DNA of 64,000 nt from NCBI RefSeq assembly GCF_009914755.1, contig NC_060931.1. One strand, 5' to 3'. The translations under genes were made by a program, and so were the position numbers. Origin of the DNA: the human T2T-CHM13v2.0 reference genome, Homo sapiens. Numbering within the stretch: position 1 is the stretch's first letter; every line of letters starts with the position of its first letter. Below are positions 26,682-38,617 of the stretch, in pieces. The notes under the pieces are model-generated. The model was given only the letters and a program-made list of their open reading frames with translations. It searched no databases and was not told the DNA's origin.

Positions 26682-26967
26682 TGAATAAGCTAAGCCTAGA
26701 GCACAATACACATCTTCTCCCTTCTCCTGGGCTCACTTTCCTAGAGGGTTGTTTCTTTGTTTCATTTTGTTGCATTTTAAAATAAGTTAAACATTTAAGA
26801 CTTAAAAAAAAAATTTGGTTGTTGTCATAGAAAATAGTCAACAGATGGTCAATAGGTGGTCACAAAAATATGAGCTATTCCTTGCCAAGATTTCTCTTTG
26901 GAGTTGTGTGACGCACCTAGAGGACCACTCTTGGGGGTCTGGTGTGCTGGTCTTTATAGGAAGGGGT

Positions 26968-26986
26968 TGGTGCCACCTGTTGGCCA
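26968..26986 (-). promoter_or_regulatory. Candidate CTCF motif
   Basis: Minus strand TGGCCAACAGGTGGCACCA has one mismatch to the core CCASYAGRKGGCRS. It lies in a locally GC-richer non-repeat island. Confidence 0.4.
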
Positions 26987-28249
26987 TGGCCAGCATGAAG
27001 CAAGTCAGCACTGTCTTGGTCAGCCCAGAGCAAGGATGTTCTTGTCTAACCCTTCAAGATAGCTCTTTAATTTGAACATTCTTAGTAATGCCTTATGAAA
27101 AAGTTATTTTTATTTTAAACATATACATTTTTAAAAACTGACTTGGTCTGTATTTTTTTTACTTTATCCTGTATCCAAAAGACTTTCTGTGAGAGTATGT
27201 ATCACTCAAAGTATAATGTAGACCAAGGCAACATTATGATTTGATTTACCAAATAGGGGTTTTGCATGACCTTTTAAAGAAATACTCAGCATAAAATGTA
27301 TTTTGTATCTTTAAGATATTAGGCTTACTTTATTAACACTGAATCACACATGTTGACAGTTGTGGAAATTGATCTAAAAAACTGTATTTTAAAATTACTA
27401 TCTGGTTGATCATTCTTTTTGCTATTTTTGTTGCCTCAAGTTCATTCAGATTTTTCTGTTTGTTAATTTTCATGCTCTTGTTTAAGCACAATAATTTTTG
27501 AAAATCATGTTGCTGATTCCATGAAGAAACGAGTGTTTAGTTTAAAATATCATGAGGGAAGTTTTATGGTCTAAAATATCTTAGACTAGATAAAGAAAAA
27601 CTGGATTCCTTAATGTAACTTAAATTCATTGTTTAATGGCTGCAATAAATCCTGGTGCATTTTTTCCCTCTGCAAAAGAAGAAAAATAATCATTTAATAG
27701 TTAACAAAATTTCTCAATTTACAGTTGAGGTTAAAAGTATTCATTTTGATGTTTTTGAAACATCAACCACTTTATCATACAAAATAGCTGTGAAGAAACT
27801 TTTTCAGCACTAATTCACTTAATAAGAAATATCAGAACTTTCAACTTAGCAACTTTTAAGTAAAAATGCATAATGATTTTTTTGTATTGTTTCACACAAA
27901 ACCAAATGCATAAACTAGCTAGCTTTTTCAGCTTTACATGTTTAAAGCTCATTTTTTGTGTGTGTGGGAAAACCAGCTTTTTAAGTTGAAGTTATATGAG
28001 AGGATGAAGTAAGTGCATGAATAAAGACAATGTTATAAAAATGTATTTTACTTTTTCAAAGTCTTTGATAGGTTTCTACACAGAAGACTGCAATGCATAA
28101 TAATGTATCACATGATTGAGAAAAAAGAAAACATTTTCCCTATTTTTAGAACTAGCCTGTAAATTAAAATAAACAGACCAGAATAAATAAGGATGATTTG
28201 GAAAGAGAGAGAGAGAGACATAAATAGCGATGTGTCATCTTTTGTCATA

Positions 28250-28480
28250 TGTATTGGAAAAGGGAGTACAGGAAATGGTTTAGTTGATCCATGTTCTTCT
28301 CAGTACCTAAATGCAGGGCTAACAAGGGTGATCATCTGCAGGACAAAATGAGGGTTAGTGTGAACGAGTGGACAGGTTTGCATTGCATTCTAAACAATGC
28401 TTACAGGATAATGGACTCTGAGCTATCGGTAATGACCCAGGAAAGACATCATGTAAATAGAAGTCTGGGCAAGAAAGGCT
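28250..28480 (+). mobile_element. Ancient CR1/L3 LINE fragment (RT C-terminal region)
   Basis: Peptide ...KCRANKGDHLQD...NNAYRIMDSELSVMTQER resembles CR1 ...KC.AD.DKLQED...NYTYKMMGSELSVTTQERDLG. Confidence 0.6.
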
Positions 28481-28824
28481 TTTAAATAATAAATAACAAT
28501 GAGGATTATGTTAGAGTTCTTTTGTTTGAATAAGATTTATTATGTAGTGAGGAAACGGAATTTTTGCACTTTAAGTTTGGGTAATGTAAAGGGGGAGATG
28601 TTAACAGTATACAGGCTTCCAATAATTAGATTAATTTTAGGGATATTCTAGAGATCTCTTGTTGTTTCTCATTTCTCTGTCATATTCTATTTATACATCT
28701 ATTATCTGTCTACCTATCTCTATCTACCCATCTCTTTTGCTTATTGAAAATTGTATAGAATCTATCATGTAAGTTCAGAAAATAATTTTTAAAGTATTCA
28801 GTATTGAATTATTTAAACTTAGAG

Positions 28825-29087
28825 CATGGTCCCAAACCCCAGGCTGGAGATCCGTACTGGTCCATTGCCTGTCAGGAAAAGGGCCTCACAGCAGGAGGTG
28901 AGCGTTACCTCCTGAGCTCCGCCTCCTGGCAGATAAGCAGCGGCGTTAGATTCTGATAGGAACAGGAGCCCTGTTGTGAACTGCGCATGTCAGAAATCTA
29001 GGTTGCCTGCTCCATATGAGACTGTAAAGCCTGGTGATCTGAGATGGAACAGTATCATCCCCAAACCATCTCTCCCCACCCTCCACC
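28825..29087 (+). mobile_element. MER1B (hAT-Charlie), 3'-truncated
   Basis: CACAGCAGGAGGTGAGC...CCTGAGCTCCGCCTCCTG...GTGAACTGCGCATG...GATCTGAGATGGAACAG. Confidence 0.9.
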
Positions 29088-29614
29088 CTCACTTAGAGGA
29101 CTGTATTTTGGAATCGAAGTCATATTTGACATATAATAGTGCCTGGATACTCAACCCTATGAGATAGGTCAGATACTACTATTTCCTTACAAACAAGGAA
29201 ATACGAATTGTAAAATGCCTACAACTCCTTGAAATAATTGGTGTGAGGAAGTGTAATCATTCCCCTAAAACATGACCACTGTTTTTTCAACATTTTATTT
29301 TCTTCTAATAATTAATCCTATAGTTGGGCAACAATTTGGTTGGCCTTGAGTTTATCAATCAGCCTTAAAATTGTTTAGTTTACGTATTTACTCATTCAAT
29401 CCGTCGTTTATTCAAAAGAACACAGTACAGTCAAAAATGTGAGCGGTGATAAAGTGGCAGATATTAGCAGACAACTTAGTTGTTTTCTTTAAGGGACTGA
29501 CAGTTGTTTCAAAGATTCTAACATCTTATGGAAATGATGCTTTTTATTATTTGAATGTGCTAATATAAATAACTTTAAAATAATCAAAATCATATTGTAA
29601 TACAATGTTTTGTA

Positions 29615-29826
29615 GGTCTGGAGTGAGTCTACTGAAGTTCAAATCTCAGTTCTCCCACCGTCTTGTTGTCTACTCCTAGTCAAGTAATTTGTCCCTCAGT
29701 GACTTTACCTTTAAGAGAAAGTGATAATAAAAATACCTACCTCATAAGATTATTGAGAGGATCAAATTGGTTAATTCATGTTAAGAGCCTAGAAGAGTGC
29801 CTGGCAAATAGTTAGAATTTGATAAT
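29615..29826 (+). mobile_element. MIR
   Basis: GTTCAAATCTCAG...ATACCTACCTCATAAGATTATTGAGAGGAT...AGAGTGCCTGGCA. Confidence 0.8.
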
Positions 29827-30479
29827 CATCTCATAGTATTACATGTACATGAATCACTCTTTTATATGCTACCCCACTTGTCCCTAATACTGGTCATATC
29901 ACATGTTAATCTATACTTTACATATATATACTTTAAAGTTTAAATTGTACATGTATAATCTGGAGAAAACACCTATTCACAACTGTGTCATATGTCCTTA
30001 TTGAATTAGTAGACTTCTTTCCACATAAACTAAACTTTCTGTGATCTCCATAGGCAGCTTTTGGAGATGTGATAAGAGGATGAGTTGCAATGAAGTGTAT
30101 CCATTAGTTAAGTTTGCTTTATTTCGAGAATGATATGAAACTCACATGGTCGTAGTTTATCTCCTCCTGATCAACACATCTAATTAATACTTGTGTATGT
30201 GATTAAGAAAAATGAAAAAAGTAAATATACATTAAAGTTGAGTCTGTCATCTAAAAGTTTCAAGTGTATAGGCAAAACAAATATTAAATGTGGATGCTGT
30301 ATTTTGGGAAACTTATCTATTACTTTCCTTATAGTTGCCAAGGAGGTAAATACATAGAAATCATTGGAGATTTAAGTCTCCCTTAAATAAAGCCTCAGGA
30401 GAATATATTAAGCAAAATGACCTATTGCTTATTAATATTTACTCAATTGCTTTGCTGCTTTGAGTTTATTGGTTTGAAT

Positions 30480-31590
30480 TCCAGGCTTATCATTTACTCA
30501 TCTTTCAATGGAACTACTGAAGTGGCCTCCCCTAACGGGTCTCCTAGCTTCCCCTAGTGACTTTTATAGTCCATTATCCACAAGGAAGTTATAGTGACTT
30601 ATTTTTACCCCTTAAATAGACAATACCAAACCCTGCAGAAGAACATACCCATTCCTTCCTATTGCACTTAGAGCCTTAAATGTGAATGATCTAAAAAATT
30701 ACCACAAACTAGGCGGCTTAAAACAACAGAAATGCATTCTCTAACAGTTCCGGAGGCCAGAAGTTCAAAATCCAGGTGTTGGCAGAGCCATTTTCTTTCC
30801 AGATAGTCTAGAGCATAATGTCTTCCTTGCCTTCTCTGGTTTCTGGTAACTACCAACACTCCTTGGTTTGAGGCCGCATCTCTCCAGTTGTCAATTTCAT
30901 CATCATTAAATGTCTCTTGTTCCATCCTCACATTGCCATATTTTATGTTTCTGATGTTCCTCTACCTCTCTCTTACAAACACACTTGTGATGACATTTAG
31001 GATTAATCTTCTTTAGGGTTAATCCAGGGTTAATATCTCATCTCATGACCCTCAACTTAATCACATTCACAGGCTCCAGAGATTAAGATCTGATATCTTT
31101 GGGACTCACCAGTCAATCCACTACACCTGGCTTCTTCCACCCACCCAACTCCAGCTCATCTTATGCCAGTTTCACTCATCATCATAGCCACATTGGATGT
31201 CTTTCAGTATCTGTAAAAATGCTGGAGTTTCTCTCACCTCAAGTGGCCTCATTGATGCTATCCCATCACCAGGGCTTATTCTTTCACTCCCTGGTTCCTG
31301 GTTAAGGTCTGCTTAGTCCTAGGACACATGGTAAACCTTACCTTCCTGTAGATATTGTCTTGTGTGTCACAGTTTAAATAGATCCTGTTATGCCCCTTCA
31401 CAGAATCCTGTTATTTTTGTTCATATCACTTATAATAGTGTTTAACTAGGAAATCATTTCTGTCATTATGTAATAATTTCTGTATTCTCCATGATAGTAG
31501 ATGCTTCATGAGGACAAAAGAGATGTCTCTTTTGCTCACAAATGTAGGCCTACCATCATTTACAGTGTGTGTAACTCAACAAATATCTCT
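30480..31590 (+). mobile_element. L2 3' region interrupted by an MLT1 LTR
   Basis: GCCTCCCCTAACGGGTCTCC before the LTR. GCTTCATGAGGACA...TTTTGCTCAC...CTCAACAAATAT (L2 tail) after it. Confidence 0.7.
30690..31125 (-). mobile_element. MaLR solo LTR (MLT1C/D-like)
   Basis: TTACCACAAACTAGGCGGCTTAAAACAACAGAAAT...CAGTTCCGGAGGCCAGAAGT...CCACTACA. Confidence 0.85.
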
Positions 31591-32484
31591 TTTTAAATTC
31601 AGACAATCTCTGTAATAATTATGCATTTATTTGACAAATATAAATATAAATGTTCCAGACACAGTTCTAGTACATAATTATATTTTGTTCTATTTAACAA
31701 GTAGTACACTCTTTAATTTACTTTAACTTTTTATATAACAAAAATGCTTTAGTGACAATTATAAAGTTTTAAAATGACATTTTAATGTATATTATTTTGG
31801 AGTCTGATTTTCAAAATATGCATATGTAAAGTAATTTAGCTAGGCCACCATATCTAGGCCAAAAAATGGCCTTTCACCTAAATTCTTCATCTTGAATTTT
31901 TTATTAAAAATAAATTCATTTATCTTGCTCTTACATTTTATTTCAAATCAGCAGGCTGAGCAAAGTGTTCAAGATAATATTTGAAATGTATCAATAAAAA
32001 TAATACATTTATAAACTATAAATTGTATTTATTACAAATTAATAAAAAAGTACCAAATATGATTCACACTAGTTTTTTCTTTTTAAAACTTTTATTTTTA
32101 TTACCAGAGACATTCTAATATACTATCTAAAATCTTTGATCAGCAAAGTGCAGCTTGTAGTTGTGATGAGCATCTTAAAGTTAATTCATTAGCTTATACC
32201 TTTAACTTACTCTTTAACGTATGTGTATAATAATAGTCTGGAAAAAATAAACTTTATAAAAATCAAAGCCACCACAATAGCTAATGAAATTCCAGAGTGA
32301 TAACTAATCTGCTCAGTAATGGTGATCATTGGAACCATAAGTATACTCATTTGAAACATACTCATAAGTTCTTGTATTGTTCCCTTTTGAAGAGTGAAAA
32401 TATTTAAATATAATTTATCCTTAGATTTTTAATACAAAATAAAATTGAAACACATTTTTTCCTGTATCTAATGATGCAATTACC

Positions 32485-32942
32485 TGTTAGGAGATAAAAT
32501 TCTCTACGCGACCTGAGCATTATTTTGTGTTCTTGTTCGGCATGTCAAGAATGCAAGGCTCCGAGAGCTTCTTACTTGGGCCATTTACCAGGATCACATT
32601 TGCAGTGAGAATCCTTGAGGGATGAAGTAACCTTTCTTGGACAAAGAGTAAGCTTGCTTCTGTTAACTATAAATCCCCTAGCTCAGTGTTCCCTTCTGTA
32701 CCTCAACTCACCGTGTCTATAGGCATCCATCTAGGCTTTGTGAATTACTCTTCCCCAAGTGGGAACATGAGAATGGGAAATAAACAACAAATTGAAGCTG
32801 TGGACAGGGTTATTGCTGTGAGTAGTAATGCGTCTTCTTTCTGACCCAATAATCTCATGTCCTCTGCCTGTACTCATGGAATAACAGAATGGCTTATGAG
32901 CTTTAAGGGGGTAAAATTCCAGGCCCTTCACAGTTTTTGACA
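32485..32942 (+). mobile_element. ERVL solo LTR (LTR40-like)
   Basis: TG...CA ends (TGTTAGGAGATA...CCCTTCACAGTTTTTGACA). 5-bp TSD TTACC/TCACC. Confidence 0.75.
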
Positions 32943-33101
32943 TCACCCTAAAACCCTTTTGTGAAACAGAGCACTGATGAGCAACTGGCAAACAACAGAT
33001 TCTCACTATTTATTTTCAGCCACTAAACAAATATTTTGAACAGTAGCATTGCCTACAACATCATCCACTTTAAATTAAAATTCTAACTTTATTGCTTCTA
33101 C

Positions 33102-33614
33102 TGTTGGGAGCAGGCCCCCCAAAATCTGGCCATAAACTGGCCCCAAACCTGGCCATAAACAAAATCTCTGCAGCACTGTAACATGTTCATAATGGCCCTA
33201 AGGCCCACGCTGGAAGGTTGTGGGTTTACCAGAATGAGGACAAGGAACACCTGGCCCGCCCAGGGTGGAAAACTGCTTAAAGGCATTCTTAAGCCACAAA
33301 CAATAGCATGAGCTATCTGTGCCTTAAGGACGTGCTCCTGCTGCAGTTAACTAGCCCAACCTATTCCTTTAATTCAGCCCATCCCTTCATTTCCCATAAG
33401 GGATACTTTTAGTTAATTTAATATCTATAGAAACAATGCTAATGACTGGTTTGCTCTTGATAAATACATGGGTAAATCTCCGTTCGGGGTTCTCAGCTCT
33501 GAAGGCTGTGAGACCCCTGATTTCCCACTTCACACCTCTATATTTGTGTGTGTGTGTCTTTAATTCCTCTAGCACCGCTGGGTTAGGGTCTCCCAGACCG
33601 AGCTGGTCTTGGCA
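33102..33614 (+). mobile_element. MER9 solo LTR (HERV-K HML-3 / HERVK9)
   Basis: TGTTGGGAGCAGGCCCCCCAAAATCTGGCCATAAACTGGCCCC...CCGAGCTGGTCTTGGCA, 513 bp. Perfect TSD TCTAC (33097-33101, 33615-33619). Confidence 0.92.
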
Positions 33615-34109
33615 TCTACTTAAAACTCTTGACTTCTCAGTGATTCTTACTGAAATCTAAACCCCTTTTGATTTACTTTAGATTATTGAGGTTTAGAAAT
33701 ACTCAATACTACACATTACTTAAGTGGAACTCTTCTGTATGCTTTCCAGACCTCATCCTATTTTGCTCTTTTCTTCCTTTTCTATCGTCATCTCCCTGCT
33801 GGGATGTCATCCTCACTTTCCTCTTTGGTGAATTACTTCATATCCTTTAAAAACTTCGGTTCATTCTTACTGAAAAAACTCCCTGACTCGCATGGACATT
33901 CTTCTTTCTCCAGCCCATTCTCCAGCTTTCACATGTATTTTATTTTCTGAAAATATATTATCAAAAGCATAATCATTTCTTCAGCAGTTCAGGTACTTGA
34001 AAAGTCGCTGAGGTTTGTCATCCTCTCTTCTTCACTGTGGACTCACTTCAAATATAACTATCAAGGCCAGCCTCTTAGTGACTTGCAACTGCAGATTTTC
34101 TCTTACTCC

Positions 34110-34440
34110 CAATATATGGGAGCTGAGGATTGACTATAGCAGCTGTGTTTATGTCTCTGTCATTCTAGGACGCAGGTCAAAGAAGCAACCCCAGCCTGGG
34201 ACTTGCTTATCTTGTGGAAGAGAAAAAGAACAGGAAATCGAAAAGATAATTCCTCAAGCTTTATTGGGAACTGATTCATTGTGCCTTCTGCCCACACTGG
34301 TCAAAACACATATATGAACAAATCTGACATCAGTGGAGCTGAGAAATATGCATTCTACAGAAAGTTGCCCCAAGTCAAAAAAAAAGTGAGAGGTTGTCAT
34401 TCTACAGGAAGGTGGTAGCAAAGTCAATTACAGTCTATTA
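34110..34440 (-). mobile_element. Old MaLR LTR fragment (MLT1I/J-like)
   Basis: CATTCTAGGACGCAGG...CTTCTGCCCACACTGGTCAAA...CATCAGTGGAGCTGAGAAATA. Confidence 0.5.
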
Positions 34441-35076
34441 AGAACAATAGCATCCCTCTTTCCTTTGTTTGAAGAGAAATTAAGTCTATGTGTGACTGTT
34501 TTGCTGAGGTGCAGCCCATTACAGCCTATGTTCAGATAGGTACGAGGTTCCAGTGGCTTTAAGTTTCCCGTTAATTTACTTCAGCCCCCAGGAACTTTTT
34601 TTTTTTTGACTCCATCTTCAAACCTGGCAGTCTGATATTGTTTCATGGATTTCTATTCCCTGTATCTACTAAGACTTTCTGTAGAAGATGATACACTCAC
34701 TCCATCTGCCTTCTCTTTGTAGTTTTTACCACAATAAGAAGACAAGCCTGTCTCTTTTTCCCTGCTAAACATAAGAGGAAAGAGTCAGAGACGTTACAAC
34801 AATGGACAACCTTGGAAAATAGCTAACGCTAAATGAGCCACATTTTCCCTTTGGTAGCAGCTATCTAGAAGTGTTCAAGCTATCTTTCAGAATAACAGAT
34901 GCCCTAATCTCTTCTTCTCACCCCACCTATCTTCCTTCCAAATGTTTTTTCTAAGACATTAGGCAGAGTTGAATTTACCACAAAGCTAATAAAACATGAA
35001 TTTTATGACCCTCACTTGCATGGGCTCCTTCCTAGGCCCTGGGAAAGACTGTAGCAATATATTCAGATGGTCATAT

Positions 35077-35464
35077 TGCTATGGTCTGAACTGTGCCACC
35101 CAAAAGTTCACGTTGAAGTCTTAACTCCAGTGCAACTGTATTTGGAAATAGGGTCTATAAGCAGATAATTAAGGTTAAACAAGGTCATAATGGTGGGGTC
35201 CTGTGGATAGGATTAATGCCCAAGTAAAAAGAATAAGAGACAGGGAATCTGCCCCCAACGCCCCACCCTACCACCAAATGAAGTTAAAGCAAGAAGGCAG
35301 TTGTCTGCAAGCCAGGAAGAGAGCCCTTAACAGAAACTGACCAAGCTGGCACACTGACCTCAATCTCAGATTTCCAGCCTCCAGAACTGTGAGAAACAAA
35401 TTTCTTTTGTTTAAGCCACCCAGTCTACAATACTTTATTATGGCAGCCCAGACTGATTAAGATG
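35077..35464 (+). mobile_element. MaLR solo LTR (MLT1A0-like)
   Basis: TGCTATGGTCTGAA...CCAGCCTCCAGAACTGTGAGAAA...TAAGCCACCCAGTCTA...GCAGCCCAGACTGA. Confidence 0.9.
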
Positions 35465-35946
35465 TGTTCTGCAGATGTTGAGGTATTTTAACTGCATTTA
35501 AAAATAAATACAACTTTCTTATTCTACTCCAGCTGCCTTTCCATCATATTCTTTCTTGTGTCTGATGATGTTGAGGTAGCTATGATCATTTTGAGGGCAT
35601 TACTGAAAGGAGACTGAGCTGGGGATGGATGTAGTTTGGTTTTGTTGTAGTGAGATACTAAAGTATATAACACATGTTAAAATCAGTTCCATGTCTAATG
35701 AATTTTTGACTACAGGAAATTAGCTACATAGAAAAGCCATTGTGTGGTTCTCCCAGAAGAAGAGATATAGATTTAGATTTAGAAATAAACATGCTCTGTG
35801 TTACCCAGGCATTAAATATGTGATCAGTGAAACAGAAACAAGGTTTGAAACGTGTAGAGCCAGAGCTTTTCTATAAAAAATTCTTCCTTTCATCCAGTTT
35901 ATAAAATGTGTAACTTCTCACAGTTTATAAAATAGTAGATGGCGGA

Positions 35947-36309
35947 TGTATTAGTCCATTCTTATGTTGCTGTGAAGAAATACCAAAGACTGGGTAACTT
36001 ATAAAGACAGAGGTTTAGTTGACTTACAGTCCCACATGGCTGGGGAAGCCTCAGGAAACTTATAATCATGGCAGCAGGCACATCTTCACAGGGCAGCAGG
36101 AGAGAGAATGAGTGCCAACAGGGAAAATGCCAGGCGCTTATAAAACCATCAAATCTCGTGAGAACTCACTCACTATCATGAGAACAGCGTGGGGGAAAAC
36201 ACCCCATTGATTCAATTACCTCCCACCAGGTCCCTCCCATGACATGTGGGGATTATGGGAATTATAATTGAAGATGAGATGTGGGTGGGGACACAGCCAA
36301 TCCATATCA
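35947..36309 (-). mobile_element. THE1 solo LTR (THE1C-like)
   Basis: TGTATTAGTCCATT...GCCTCAGGAAACTT...GGGGACACAGCCAATCCATATCA. TSD GCGGA/GAGGA. Confidence 0.92.
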
Positions 36310-36397
36310 GAGGATTTGGTTTGCATTAATTTCTAGTCTAAGTGGAAGCTCTGCCCTAGTCAAAATACACTCAGTAATACAGTATACAATTATAAGG

Positions 36398-36560
36398 AGC
36401 CAGTAGTTGTGGCTGGTACCTGTAGTCCCAGCTACTTTAGAGGTGGAGGTGGCAGAATCGATCGAGCTCAGGATCCAGGCTGCAGTGAGCTATGATTACC
36501 CCCTTGTACTCCAGCCTGATAGATATAGAAAGACTCTGACTCATAACAATAATAAATATT
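36398..36560 (+). mobile_element. Free Alu monomer (FRAM/FAM-like)
   Basis: CCTGTAGTCCCAGCTACT...AGGCTGCAGTGAGCTATGAT...ACTCCAGCCTG. AATTATAA on both flanks. Confidence 0.8.
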
Positions 36561-37434
36561 AATTATAACATTCTAATTTCTGTTTGGTAGGAATCACATA
36601 AAATAGAATTTATCAAAATTCCTGGAATGTAGAAAAACAAAACCGTAATAACACTACTATAAACATTGCATATATCTGTGTGAGAAGTCATACATTTAGT
36701 GAATCCCAACTATCCTTAATTTTTAAAAAATAAAATTGTGATAGAGGAAAGAGCAAATTATTGCTATATTCTCTAAACAGAAAAAAACAAAAATTGTTAT
36801 ATGAAGAGACAGAGTAGAAAAATTTTTGGAGAAAGTATTATAAAAGAATGTCAGGTTCTAATATAAATACATTTTCTGGATTTGGGGACATTTGTGTAAT
36901 TTAATATATATAAACTATAATTTTGATTAGCCTCTAATTTAAATAAATATTTATACTTTCACATTTATTTTTGTATTTTTATTTTTTATATAATTTTCCT
37001 TAAAGAGCTCCCCTATTGTATAAGTGTGAGGCTCCACAAAACCTGGATCCATCCCTAGGTATAGGTCTTTTTCAACCATAGGCTTGCAAAATTGAGGAAG
37101 TATAAGAGTACAAACCAGTAGATCAGAGGTCCCAAACACACATGGCCAGTTGTGGTAGGAGCTACAAAGAACTGTAGAAAATAAGTGAGCACAATATGAC
37201 CTGTACCTGTGAGGCAGCAGGTACTGATTACTGACAGAGTGCTGTCAATCCAAAAAGACACAAGTGGGTGTGCCACCTGTCCCAGTAGGTAATTTCTCTA
37301 CCAGGAGACTTCAGAATACTTCCTCAGAAATAGCCTACTACTGGCAGAGCTCCAATCTCAAGAAAGAACACATCGAAGCACATTTATTCATGGAACTCAA
37401 AGGATTCTATCTGGAGGCCAGTGAATTTGAGAAG

Positions 37435-37680
37435 TTATATAACACAGTGGTAAAAGCATGGACTCTGCTGCTTGACTGTTGGATTTGAATTCACCCAGTC
37501 CCATTACTTACTAGGTGTGTAACCTTGGGCAAATAATTAAATCTCTCTGTGTTCAATTTCTTCACCTCTTAAAAGGTGGTAATGATAATATCCAACTTCA
37601 TACTTTGAGGATGAAGCAAATTAGAGCTAAGTGATTAGACCAAGTGTGTCACATCATGAGTATTACAAAAATGTTACCTG
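37435..37680 (+). mobile_element. MIR, near full length
   Basis: AGTGGTAAAAGCATGGACTCTG...ACTTACTAGGTGTGTAACCTTGGGCAA...CTCTCTGTG. Confidence 0.88.
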
Positions 37681-37733
37681 TTTTTTCTCCTCTTTGGTCA
37701 ATGTTTAGCCATTTTAGAGTAAGTATTAAATTC

Positions 37734-37771
37734 ATACTACACTTGATTTTAGCCAATAGGCAAGAAGTGCT
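37734..37771 (-). pseudogene. U2 snRNA 5' fragment (3'-truncated, tailless retrocopy)
   Basis: Reverse complement AGCACTTCTTGCCTATTGGCTAAAATCAAGTGTAGTAT aligns to the U2 5' end ATCGCTTCTCGGCCTTTTGGCTAAGATCAAGTGTAGTAT. Flanked by direct repeat TAAGTATTAA (37720-37729, 37771-37780). Confidence 0.85.
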
Positions 37772-37939
37772 AAGTATTAATTGATTTCATGTTGACTGTA
37801 CCTTGGTCCATACATTTAATTCAGTGCGTATACAATTTCTGATGAAAAGATGGCCTTCATCTTAAAAGGCAATGCTGTGCCATGGTGTTTTTATCAGACA
37901 CTGAGTTCTTGAAAGTCTGTAAAATACTAGAAGCTAACT

Positions 37940-38050
37940 GACATTCCTGGAGATTCTTACTCACTAGTATCTAGAGTGCTGATTAGGAGTAGATTTAAAA
38001 AAAAAGATCCTCTGATATTCTATTGTGTCTACTAAATTTGCAGCTGTTCT
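37940..38050 (+). mobile_element. MER5-like hAT-Charlie fragment
   Basis: GGAGATTCTTACTCACTAGTATCTAGAGTG...TGATATTCTATTGTG...CTAAATTTG resembles MER5. Confidence 0.4.
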
Positions 38051-38617
38051 ATTTCTAAATGTCCTGTAGAAGCATCTCTCACAGCAAGATCAAGCTCATA
38101 TACCAAGGGCTAGATCCAGTTATTTTTTTATCTCTCCTTAAAATAAGAGTCTGTGTGTTTTTTCAGTTTAATTTTGCAGGTCTCTGATAAAATAAATTAC
38201 TTTCAGAAAACTAAAACAAGGAAAAAGAAAAAAACCCTTGCCTCCCAAAACCTCAGGCTCCTTCATATGGAGGGAGATTCCAATCAAGGAACTTTGAACA
38301 AGTCTCACAGTTAAATCTTGGGAAACTTCTCCATCCTTTCTTTTAATAGCCATCAGATGGCAAATGCTGAGCTTCTCCAAAAACCTGAAGAAAACTTCTT
38401 TTCATCCAGGATTCCCAAAGTTTCCCTATTCTTGAGAAGACCCCACACTTTGGGAAATGATCCAGGCTTTTGCATGTGATCATGTCTCGATTGAAAGTGT
38501 CATCCATCCCAAGGTACCAAGCACTGAAAATAGAGTGGACTGCAGAGATGAAAGCCACCATTCTAGTCTGCAAGTTGTTAATGGTTTAGTAACAAAATAA
38601 GCCCATTTTGAACCAGC

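Larger units (their letters stand above)
34964..37057 (+). mobile_element. Zaphod/MER115-like hAT-Tip100 element carrying three nested insertions
   Basis: Left end GAATTTACCACAAAGCTAAT...CCCTCACTTGCATGGGCTCCTTCC. Right end TTGTATAAG...CCACAAAACCTGGATCCATCCCTA. Confidence 0.7.

Noticed and set aside
38150-38200. Splice-acceptor-like TTTTTCAG and TTTTGCAG
   Set aside because: No downstream open exon with a matching donor. Such motifs are common in T-rich DNA.
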